NCBI GenBank assembly: GCA_963816185.1
Contig: CAWFJJ010000029.1
Coordinates: 288,001-352,000 of the forward strand
Direction: 5' to 3'
From: Thermoanaerobaculia bacterium
Lineage (GTDB): Bacteria > Acidobacteriota > Thermoanaerobaculia > UBA5066
Length of the DNA: 64,000 bases
A program made the position numbers and the translations under genes. This document shows, in pieces, positions 56,456 to 64,000 of the stretch (the first letter of the stretch is position 1; every line of letters starts with the position of its first letter). The notes below the pieces were generated by a model. The model saw only the letters and a program-made list of their open reading frames with translations. It was not told the DNA's origin and did not search any database.

Positions 56456-56932
56456 ATGCGTTTTCTGAGTCCGCTTCTTGCCACAACGCTTCCTCTGGCC
56501 GTCCTTCTCGGAGGGTGCGATTCCGCCAACACGCCCTCGGAGCCGAACGGTCGTTTCAGTCCGACGCCAACGGCCGCGGCGGCTGCGACTTTCCCGACGC
56601 AGCCGCCGGCGGGAACGCCTGTGACGGCGATCACACCGACCGTGACCGGAACCGTTCAGGCCACGTCCACGCCTGGTGTCGGTGTGACCAACCAGCCCAC
56701 GACCGTTCCGACGTCGGGGAGTCCGACGGCGGTCGCGACGTCCTCGCCCGCGACGCCCACATCCACGCCCTTCGCCGGCACGCCCACGCCGACGCCGAAC
56801 ACCGGAATACCGACACCCACGGTCGTGCCGACGCCGACCCTCGTTCCGACCTTCCCGCCCACACCCAGCCTCCCGCCGACGCCTACGCTTCCTGCGCCGC
56901 CGACGCTTCCGCCCACGCCGACGTCACCCTGA
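56456..56932 (+). CDS. Pro/Thr-rich low-complexity lipoprotein
   Basis: Signal peptide ending in LLGGC; the remainder is almost entirely PT-rich. Confidence 0.65.
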   Translation: MRFLSPLLATTLPLAVLLGGCDSANTPSEPNGRFSPTPTAAAAATFPTQPPAGTPVTAITPTVTGTVQATSTPGVGVTNQPTTVPTSGSPTAVATSSPATPTSTPFAGTPTPTPNTGIPTPTVVPTPTLVPTFPPTPSLPPTPTLPAPPTLPPTPTSP

Positions 56933-56964
56933 GTCCGGGCGCCTCAGGCGCTACCATCTGCGCC

Positions 56965-58116
56965 ATGCCTCGCCCGCCCGGTCGTTCCCTCGCCGCAGCC
57001 GCCCTGCGCGGCTCGCCGTATTCGAGCTTGCTCGCGAGGATGGCGGCACATCGGGGTGAGGTCTTTCCGCTGCACGTCGGCGACACCTGGAGAGCCGCGC
57101 CACAAGGCGGACGGCCCGAGGAGCTGCCACGCGGCATTCCCGGGATCAACCGGTACACCGACGTGCATGGCCTGCCGGAATTGCGAGACGCGATCGCAGA
57201 ACGGGTGCGGTCGCGGACGGGCACGAGCCTGACGCGCGCGAACGTGCTCGTGACGGGCGGAGCGACCGCGGGTCTCATGGCCGCGGTCGCCGCGCTCGTG
57301 TCGCCCGGCGAGGAGGTGCTTCTCCTTTCGCCGCACTGGCCGCTCATCGAGGGGCACGTGCGCATGGCGGGCGCGGTGCCGGTCGAGGTGCCCCTTCTCC
57401 TCGGCGATCTTTCGCCGGCGAGCGTCGCCGCGGTCCTCGAGGCGCATGCCACGGAGAAGACCGTCGCGCTCTACGTCAACACACCCAACAACCCGACGGG
57501 CCGCCTCATTCCACGCGCCACGCTCGCCGCGCTCGTGGACTGGGCCGGACGACGCGACCTGTGGATCTTCGCGGACGAGGTCTACGAGGACTATGCATAC
57601 GCGAGGGAGCATGCCTCCACGCTCGCGCTCGCACCCGGGAGGACGGTTGCCGCACACTCGCTGTCCAAAGCGTACGGCCTCGCGGGCGCGCGCTGCGGCT
57701 GGCTCGCCGGACCCGAAGGCGCGCTCGACGAGATCGTGAAGCTCGGCGCTCACACGATCTACAGCGCACCGACGGCCTCGCAGCACGCGGCGCTCCGGAT
57801 CCTCGCAGGAGCAGGCGACGCCTGGGTCGACGAGGCGCGCTCCGAATACGCGGCCACGGGTGCAGAGGCCGCACGCCGGCTCGGCGTTCCGGCGCCCGAG
57901 GGAGGTTCGTTCCTCTTCGTGGATGCAGCGCCCGCGCTCGACGCTCGCGGCCTTCTGGGCCTTCTCGAGGACTGTGCAGACGAAGGCCTCTTCCTCGCGC
58001 CAGGTCCGAGCTTCGGGCCGTTCCCCACACACGTCAGGATCTGCTTCACGGCGGTTCCGCCGGAGCAAGCGCTCAGGGGCGTGGACATCCTGGCGAGGAG
58101 GCTGAGGCGTCTCTAA
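56965..58116 (+). CDS. Pyridoxal-phosphate aminotransferase class I/II
   Basis: GLPELRDAIA, VTGGAT, NTPNNPTG, DEVY, SLSKAYGLAGARCG. Confidence 0.93.
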   Translation: MPRPPGRSLAAAALRGSPYSSLLARMAAHRGEVFPLHVGDTWRAAPQGGRPEELPRGIPGINRYTDVHGLPELRDAIAERVRSRTGTSLTRANVLVTGGATAGLMAAVAALVSPGEEVLLLSPHWPLIEGHVRMAGAVPVEVPLLLGDLSPASVAAVLEAHATEKTVALYVNTPNNPTGRLIPRATLAALVDWAGRRDLWIFADEVYEDYAYAREHASTLALAPGRTVAAHSLSKAYGLAGARCGWLAGPEGALDEIVKLGAHTIYSAPTASQHAALRILAGAGDAWVDEARSEYAATGAEAARRLGVPAPEGGSFLFVDAAPALDARGLLGLLEDCADEGLFLAPGPSFGPFPTHVRICFTAVPPEQALRGVDILARRLRRL

Positions 58117-58202
58117 ACCATTTCATATAAATGTCTTTTGGCGATCTGCGTCGGGTCGACTAAGATCGGGAATAGGCCGCGAATGAGAGGTGTTATCGGG
58201 AC

Positions 58203-60662
58203 ATGTCGGAAACTTTGACTCTCCCAGTCCTCCCACTGCGTAATGCCGTCCTTTTCCCCGGCGTCAGCTTCCCGATCTCGGCGGGACGTCCCGGAACGCT
58301 TCGCGCAATCGAGCAGGCCGTGAAGCAGCCCGACGCCCTCATCTTCGCCGTGGCCCAGCGCTCGGACGTCGAGCGCGTCACACCCGAAGGCCTCTACACG
58401 ATCGGCACGGTCGCGAACGTCAGCTCGATGCAGCGCGGACCGGGCGGCATGCGCCTTCTGCTCGAGGGAAAACGACGGGGAATCGCGATGCGTGTTCTCG
58501 AAAAGAAGAACGGCATGCTCGAAGCCGTCGTTCTGGATGCCCACGAGATGGGGCCGGCGGACCCGAAGGACCCTCTTTTCACGGCTCTCCACAAGGAAGC
58601 GCGCGAGCGAGCCGCCGAGCTGGGCACGAAGATGGGGCTGCCCGACGAAGCCGTGGAGCAGTTTCTCGCGCAGGCCGACGAGCCCGGCCGCCTCGCGGAC
58701 CTCGTCGCAGGCTACATCGACATCCCGACGCCCGAACGGCAGCAGCTTCTCGAGACGCTCTCCGTCGAAGACCGCCTCCGCCGCGTGCTCGTGCAGATCC
58801 AGCGTCAGATCAGCGTCCTGGCGGCGCAGGAAGACATCCAGCAGAAGATGAAGGAGCAGATCGGCGACCGCCAGCGCGAGATGCTGCTGCGCGAGCAGCT
58901 CCGGGCGATCCAGAAGGAGCTCGGAGAAGGCGAGGGCAAGGACGCCGCGGACCTCGAGGAGCTGAAGAAGAAGCTCGCGGCGCACCCGCTCTCGGAGGAC
59001 GTGCGCAAGGAAGTCGATCGCGAGCTTTCGCGGCTCGAGCGCGTCGGACGCGAGTCGATGGAGTCTCAGGTCATCCGGACGTTCCTCGAGACCGTGGCCG
59101 AGCTGCCCTGGGGCGTGCGCAGCGAAGACAAGCTCGACGTCGTCGAGGCGGCGCGCATCCTCGACGAGGACCACTACGCGCTCACGGACGTGAAGGACCG
59201 CATCCTCGAGTTCCTCGCGGTGCGCCAGATGCGCGCGAAGGCCGAGAGCGCCGCAACGGCGCCGCCGGCCGAGGGCTCCGAACCCGTCGCGAAGAAGGAG
59301 AGTTCTTCCGGCAAGGGGCGAATCCTGCTGTTCGTCGGCCCCCCCGGCGTCGGCAAGACCTCGATCGCGAAGTCCATCGCCCGCGCGATGGGTCGCAAGT
59401 ACGTTCGTATTTCGCTCGGCGGCGCGCGTGACGAAGCGGACATTCGCGGCCACCGTCGGACGTACGTCGGCGCGATGCCGGGCCGCATTGTCCAGGGCCT
59501 GAAGCAGGCCGGGACGAAGAACCCCGTCTTCCTCCTCGACGAGGTCGACAAGCTGGGCGTGTCCTTCCAGGGCGACCCCGCGAGCGCGCTCCTCGAAGTG
59601 CTCGATCCGGCGCAGAACGACTCGTTCACGGATCACTACCTCGGCATTCCGTTCGACCTCTCGGAAGTCCTCTTCATCGCGACCGCGAACCTTCTCGGGG
59701 GCATTCCGGCGCCGCTCCTCGACCGGCTCGAGGTCGTCGAATTCTCGGGCTACACGGAGAGGGAGAAGCTCGCGATCGCGCGGCAGTATCTCGTCCCGCG
59801 CCAGCTCTCCGAAAACGGGCTCGCGGCGGGCCAGCTCGCGCTGACCGACGGCGCCATCGCCGAGGTCATCGCGAGCTACACGCGCGAGGCGGGCGTGCGG
59901 CAGCTCGAGCGCGAGCTCGGGAAGCTCTCGCGAAAAGTCGTGCGGCGGATCGCGGCCGGGGAGATCTCGAGCCTCACGGTCGACGAGGCCGACGTCTTTC
60001 CGATCCTCGGCAAGAAGCGCGTTCACCCGGAGAAGAAGATCGTGGCCGATCAGGTCGGCCTCGCGACGGGCATGTACTACACACCCGCCGGCGGCGACAT
60101 CATGTTCGTCGAGGCGATGCTCATGAGGGGCAAAGGCGAGGTGGTTCTGACGGGGCAGCTCGGCGATGTCATGAAGGAGTCGGCGCGCGCCGCCTGGACG
60201 TATGCCCGCTCGCATGCGTCGAAGCTCGGCATTCCCGACAACGCGTTCGAGCGCGACCTCCACGTCCACGTGCCCGCGGGAGCGATCCCGAAGGACGGCC
60301 CCTCGGCGGGCATCGCGATGGCGACCGCCATCGTCTCGGCTCTCGCCGGGGTTCCGGCGCGCCACGACCTCGCGATGACGGGCGAGATCACGTTGTCGGG
60401 CCGCGTCCTTCCGATCGGCGGCCTCAAGGAGAAGGTCCTCGGCGCCGTACGCGCGGGGATCCACACGATCGTCCTGCCGAAGGACAACGAGCCGGACCTC
60501 GCCGATCTCCCGAAGGAGGTGCTCGCGCTGCTCGACGTGCATCCCGTCGAGGATCTCGGCGCGGCGCTCGCGATCACGCTGCGCGGGGCCAAGCTCTCGG
60601 GCGGCCTCCTCCTCCTGCACGGGGACGGCCCGACCCCGGGGGCGGGCGCCGTCTCGCACTGA
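58203..60662 (+). CDS. lon: ATP-dependent Lon protease
   Basis: [49 protein letters not shown]. Confidence 0.98.
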   Translation: MSETLTLPVLPLRNAVLFPGVSFPISAGRPGTLRAIEQAVKQPDALIFAVAQRSDVERVTPEGLYTIGTVANVSSMQRGPGGMRLLLEGKRRGIAMRVLEKKNGMLEAVVLDAHEMGPADPKDPLFTALHKEARERAAELGTKMGLPDEAVEQFLAQADEPGRLADLVAGYIDIPTPERQQLLETLSVEDRLRRVLVQIQRQISVLAAQEDIQQKMKEQIGDRQREMLLREQLRAIQKELGEGEGKDAADLEELKKKLAAHPLSEDVRKEVDRELSRLERVGRESMESQVIRTFLETVAELPWGVRSEDKLDVVEAARILDEDHYALTDVKDRILEFLAVRQMRAKAESAATAPPAEGSEPVAKKESSSGKGRILLFVGPPGVGKTSIAKSIARAMGRKYVRISLGGARDEADIRGHRRTYVGAMPGRIVQGLKQAGTKNPVFLLDEVDKLGVSFQGDPASALLEVLDPAQNDSFTDHYLGIPFDLSEVLFIATANLLGGIPAPLLDRLEVVEFSGYTEREKLAIARQYLVPRQLSENGLAAGQLALTDGAIAEVIASYTREAGVRQLERELGKLSRKVVRRIAAGEISSLTVDEADVFPILGKKRVHPEKKIVADQVGLATGMYYTPAGGDIMFVEAMLMRGKGEVVLTGQLGDVMKESARAAWTYARSHASKLGIPDNAFERDLHVHVPAGAIPKDGPSAGIAMATAIVSALAGVPARHDLAMTGEITLSGRVLPIGGLKEKVLGAVRAGIHTIVLPKDNEPDLADLPKEVLALLDVHPVEDLGAALAITLRGAKLSGGLLLLHGDGPTPGAGAVSH

Positions 60663-60716
60663 AGCGGACCCGTTCGAGCGCGCGCTGCCGGCAAGGGGTG
60701 GACCTCTCGTCAGGCG

Positions 60717-60741
60717 AAAAAAAGGGCCGCCCCTGGCGGCC
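60717..60741 (-). terminator. Rho-independent terminator
   Basis: Minus strand GGCCGCC-AGG-GGCGGCC-C-TTTTTTT. Confidence 0.8.
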
Positions 60742-60760
60742 GAAGGAGGAGAGTGCGCTT
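60717..60760 (-). ncRNA. Candidate sigma54-dependent small RNA of about 45 nt
   Basis: Lies between the sigma54 motif (60786-60772) and the terminator; contains a CU-rich CTCTCTCCCTT tract. Confidence 0.4.
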
Positions 60761-60771
60761 CGTGGCGCTTC

Positions 60772-60786
60772 GCACGCCGCATGCCA
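60772..60786 (-). promoter_or_regulatory. sigma54 -24/-12 motif
   Basis: TGGCATG-CGGC-GTGC, with the same GTGC -12 variant as the two island promoters. Confidence 0.55.
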
Positions 60787-60819
60787 GCCCCGTCATGCCG
60801 AAAAGGCGCCGCGGGCCCG

Positions 60820-62370
60820 CTACGCCTCGAGCACGATGTCGAACCGCTCGTGGTGCAGGTGCTCGTCGCTCTGGACGTGGACCGGCATGCCGATCTGCTC
60901 CTCGAGCTCCTCCACGAGACGGCGCTCGTCGCCCACCAGCGAACGGTAGATCTCGGGGTGGACGCGCAGGACGAGCGAATGCGCCTCTCCGACCTCGACG
61001 CGCTTCAGGATCTCGCGGCGGATCTCGAGGACGATCGTCGGAACGCTCTTCGTGCGGCTCGAGCCCGCGCAGTAGGGACACGGCATCGTGAGCGCGCGCT
61101 CCAGGCTCTGGCGCTGCCTCTTCCGCGTGATCTCGACGAGGCCGAACTCCGACACGGGGAGCATCCGGTTCTTCGAGCGGTCCTTCTTGAGCTCGGCCTC
61201 GAGCGCGGTGACGAGCTCCTTGCGGTGCTCCTCTTCCTCCATGTCGATGAAGTCCACGACGAGGAGGCCGCCGAGATCGCGCAGCCGGATCTGCCGGACG
61301 ATCTCCTGCACCGCTTCGAGGTTCGTCTTGACGACCGTGTCCTCGAGACGCTTCTTGCCGACGAACTTGCCCGTGTTCACGTCGATCGCGACGAGCGCTT
61401 CCGTCTGGTTGATGACGATGTAGCCGCCGGACTTCAGCCAGACCTTCGACTTGAGCGCGTTCTCGATCTCGGCCTCGACGCCGTACTCCTCGAAGAGAGG
61501 CGCGGACTTGCGGAAGAGCTTGACCTTCGAAACGAGGACCGGCTGCACCTGGTCGAGGAACTCGACGATGCGCTGGTACTCCTCGTCGTCGTCGACCCAG
61601 AGCGTCGCGAAATCGGAGCCGAAGACGTCCCGCGCGGCGCGGAGCGTGAGGTCGAGATCGCGGTGGAGAAGCGTCGGCGCCCCCGCGCGCTCGCCCTTCT
61701 TGCGGATCTGCTCCCAGAGCTTCGTGAGATAGCGGCGGTCGGCCGCGAACTCCTCCGGCGCGCGACCTTCGCCCGCCGTGCGCACGATGTACCCGCCGGG
61801 ACCCTTCTTGAGGTTCACGAGGATGTCCTTGAGGCGGTTTCTCTCGTCCTCGTTCTCGATGCGCCGCGAGACGCCGACGTGATCGATCGTGGGCATGTAA
61901 ACGAGCGTGCGGCCCGGGAGCGTGACGTGCGTCGTGACGCGTACGCCTTTGTGCGCGATCTGATCCTTCGTGACCTGTACGACTAGCTCCTGACCCTCCC
62001 GGAGCAGCTCGTCGATGGACGGGAGGATCGGCTTCGGCGGCGCCTCACCGTCCGCCGCTGCGGACACCCCCTCGGCCGGCAGGGGAAGCTCCTCGAACGT
62101 CGCCGCGGCGCCGCCGCTCCCGAAGGCGTCGAAATCGTCCACTTCCTCTCCGACGTCGGCCACGTACAGGAAGGCATCCTTCTCGAGCCCGATGTCCACG
62201 AAAGCCGACTGCATCCCGGGCAGGACGCGCGTGACGCGCCCTTTGTAGATGTTCCCGACCGTGCCGCGCTGCCTCCGGCGCTCGATCTGCACCTCAGCGA
62301 CACGCCCTTCCTCGAGTACGGCGATCCGCGTCTCGCGGTCGGAGGAGGAGACGAGAAGCTCTTTCGGCAC
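60820..62370 (-). CDS. rng: Ribonuclease, Rne/Rng family (RNase G-sized)
   Basis: GNIYKGRVTRVLPGMQSAFVDIG, IDVNTGKF, RLRDLGGLLVVDFIDM, CPYCAG. Confidence 0.95.
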   Translation of the reverse strand: MPKELLVSSSDRETRIAVLEEGRVAEVQIERRRQRGTVGNIYKGRVTRVLPGMQSAFVDIGLEKDAFLYVADVGEEVDDFDAFGSGGAAATFEELPLPAEGVSAAADGEAPPKPILPSIDELLREGQELVVQVTKDQIAHKGVRVTTHVTLPGRTLVYMPTIDHVGVSRRIENEDERNRLKDILVNLKKGPGGYIVRTAGEGRAPEEFAADRRYLTKLWEQIRKKGERAGAPTLLHRDLDLTLRAARDVFGSDFATLWVDDDEEYQRIVEFLDQVQPVLVSKVKLFRKSAPLFEEYGVEAEIENALKSKVWLKSGGYIVINQTEALVAIDVNTGKFVGKKRLEDTVVKTNLEAVQEIVRQIRLRDLGGLLVVDFIDMEEEEHRKELVTALEAELKKDRSKNRMLPVSEFGLVEITRKRQRQSLERALTMPCPYCAGSSRTKSVPTIVLEIRREILKRVEVGEAHSLVLRVHPEIYRSLVGDERRLVEELEEQIGMPVHVQSDEHLHHERFDIVLEA

Positions 62371-62408
62371 GCGGGGAGTCTAACCTCGGCGCCCGGGGTA
62401 TCCGGGCG

Positions 62409-63509
62409 TCACACGTTCACATACCGGCGGTACGCGACGGAAAGGATCAATCCCACCATGCACCACGTGGCGATGAGCGAGGACCCGCCGTACGAGACGA
62501 ACGGCAGCGTGATGCCGGTCGTGGGCATGACGCCGACGTTCATCGCGACGTTCAACAGCGCCTGGGCGGCGATGTTCAGGATGAGGAGCAGGACGAGCAT
62601 CGCCCCGCCGCGGTCGCGCGCGTCGCGTGCGAGCGCGAGCCCTCGCGCGATGAGGAAGCCGTAAAGCGCGAGGAAGATCGCGACGCCCGCGAATCCCCAC
62701 TCCTCGGCGAGGGCCGCGAAGATGAAGTCGGTGTGACGCACGGGGAGAAAGCCGAGGCGGCTCTGCGTGCCGCGCTCCCAGCCCTTGCCGAAAATGCCGC
62801 CGGAGCCGATTGCGATCCGGGCCTGCCGCACCTGGTACCCGGCGCCTCGCGCCGCGAGGTTCGGATCGAGGAATGTGCGGATGCGGTCCTTCTGGTAATC
62901 CTTCAGGAGGAACCACGAGCCGCCGATCGCGAGCGACCCGCCCAGGATGAGAATGGCCCACCAGCGCCCCGGGATGCCGCCGAAGAAGAGGGCGGCGGCG
63001 AGAAAAGGCAGGTATGTGAGCGCGAGGCCTAGATCCGGCTGAAGGAGGACGAAGACGACCGGAGCGCCGATGGCCGCGCAAATCGCGGCGATCGTGCGCG
63101 GCCGGAGGAGAGCGCGGTCGTCGTTCTCGAGGATCCACGCGAGGAGAAGAGCGATCGAGAGCCGCGCGAACTCGGAAGGCTGAACCTGGAATCCGCCGGC
63201 AATCTTGAGCCACGACTTTGCACCGGCAATCTGCTTTCCGACGAACGGGAGGAAGACAAGCACGAGGAGCGTGAAGGCATAAAGGCCCGGCGAGTACTGC
63301 AGGAGGATGCGGTAGTCGATCGCGAGGAGGATGCCGGCGGCGACGATGCCGACGACCGCGAAGAGAATCTGCTTGCCCGCGAGGTCCCCGCGCGGCGTTC
63401 CCGCGGTCGTCGAGACGACCATCGCGATGCCGATGGCGGTCAGAACGAGCGCGAGAAAGAGAATGCGCAGGTCGATCCGCCGCGGAAGGATCTCGGCCAG
63501 CCGCGACAT
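62409..63509 (-). CDS. rodA: Rod shape-determining protein RodA
   Basis: QPSEF, QPDLG, YQKDRI, AIGSGG, HTDFIF, TGITLPFVSYGGSS; downstream of mrdA. Confidence 0.95.
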   Translation of the reverse strand: MSRLAEILPRRIDLRILFLALVLTAIGIAMVVSTTAGTPRGDLAGKQILFAVVGIVAAGILLAIDYRILLQYSPGLYAFTLLVLVFLPFVGKQIAGAKSWLKIAGGFQVQPSEFARLSIALLLAWILENDDRALLRPRTIAAICAAIGAPVVFVLLQPDLGLALTYLPFLAAALFFGGIPGRWWAILILGGSLAIGGSWFLLKDYQKDRIRTFLDPNLAARGAGYQVRQARIAIGSGGIFGKGWERGTQSRLGFLPVRHTDFIFAALAEEWGFAGVAIFLALYGFLIARGLALARDARDRGGAMLVLLLILNIAAQALLNVAMNVGVMPTTGITLPFVSYGGSSLIATWCMVGLILSVAYRRYVNV

Positions 63510-63512
63510 CGT

Positions 63513-64000
63513 CTAGTTCGTCCGCGCTCTCGTGGAGCCCGCCGGGTGCGCGGCGAGCGCCGCGAGGAGCTCGGGCGTCCCGCCGCGGCACTTCGCGACC
63601 CAGTATTCCGCGAGGCGCGCCGCGAGAGGAGCGGCGGCCGACCCTCCATGCTCACCGTGCTCCACGAAGACGACGACGACGATTTTCGGGTCGTCCCGCG
63701 GAGCGAAGCTCGCGAACCAGCCGTGATCGCGCAGCTGCATGGGAAGGAAGTGGCCCCTCCTGGCTTCCTTTTGCCCCACGACCTGGACGGAACCGGTCTT
63801 GCCGCAGAGATCCAGCCCGGCGACGCGCGAAGAGTACGCGGTCCCGCCGGGCATGTTCACGACGCGCCAGAGACCCTCGACGATCGTCTCGCGCACGCCC
63901 GGGGGGTACGGAATCGACTCCTTCGACTCGGGACGGTAGACGAAGCGCTCGCCCGTGCGCACGTTCTCGCCGATGTGGAAGAGGTGCGGAGTCGGAAGGG
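63513..64000 (-). CDS. mrdA: Penicillin-binding protein 2, C-terminal part (partial)
   Basis: GGTA, GKTGSVQV, DHGWFASFAP, VEHGEHGGSAAAP. Confidence 0.92.
   Translation of the reverse strand, partial: LPTPHLFHIGENVRTGERFVYRPESKESIPYPPGVRETIVEGLWRVVNMPGGTAYSSRVAGLDLCGKTGSVQVVGQKEARRGHFLPMQLRDHGWFASFAPRDDPKIVVVVFVEHGEHGGSAAAPLAARLAEYWVAKCRGGTPELLAALAAHPAGSTRARTN

Noticed and set aside
58113-58200. CIRCE or other heat-shock operator upstream of lon
   Set aside because: AT-rich, but no TTAGCACTC-N9-GAGTGCTAA or other clear inverted repeat

Overview
High-GC bacterial chromosomal window. The style of its secreted proteins suggests Acidobacteriota (Thermoanaerobaculia-like); this is inference only. 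1-29.8 kb is mixed housekeeping and accessory genes: the end of a protein with a Cys-x-Cys/TM/poly-Arg tail followed directly by a divergent Lgt-family gene, a heme-c HzsA-like secreted protein, HigBA, a TolC-EmrA-EmrB efflux operon, ALDH plus class II aldolase, MFS, BLUF, GT39, a multi-PAS hybrid kinase, pheA-aroF and LytS/LytTR. tRNA-His(GTG) and tRNA-Arg(CCG) lie at 29.86-30.03 kb. They are followed by att-like copies of the tRNA 3' end, a 430-bp tandem duplication and an approximately 26 kb accessory region. That region holds an S74-chaperone fibre protein, an IPTL-CTERM protein, two two-component systems (NarL-type and NtrC-type), an orphan Hcp-like gene, and two sigma54 promoters with matching UAS and IHF sites. 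These promoters lie upstream of a DUF4388/MshEN-like + coiled-coil-GAF module and a cheD-cheA-dCache-MCP-MCP-cheW-MCP-cheR-cheB cluster. About 13 indels are confined to 40.6-51.4 kb and are probably sequencing errors. The window ends in core genes (aminotransferase, lon, rng, rodA, mrdA), with a candidate sigma54-driven small RNA between lon and rng. Best leads: a possible Lgt-paralog/C-terminal-Cys lipid-anchoring system, the sigma54-wired chemosensory island, and the small RNA. All calls are by-eye motif recognition; no database searches were run.
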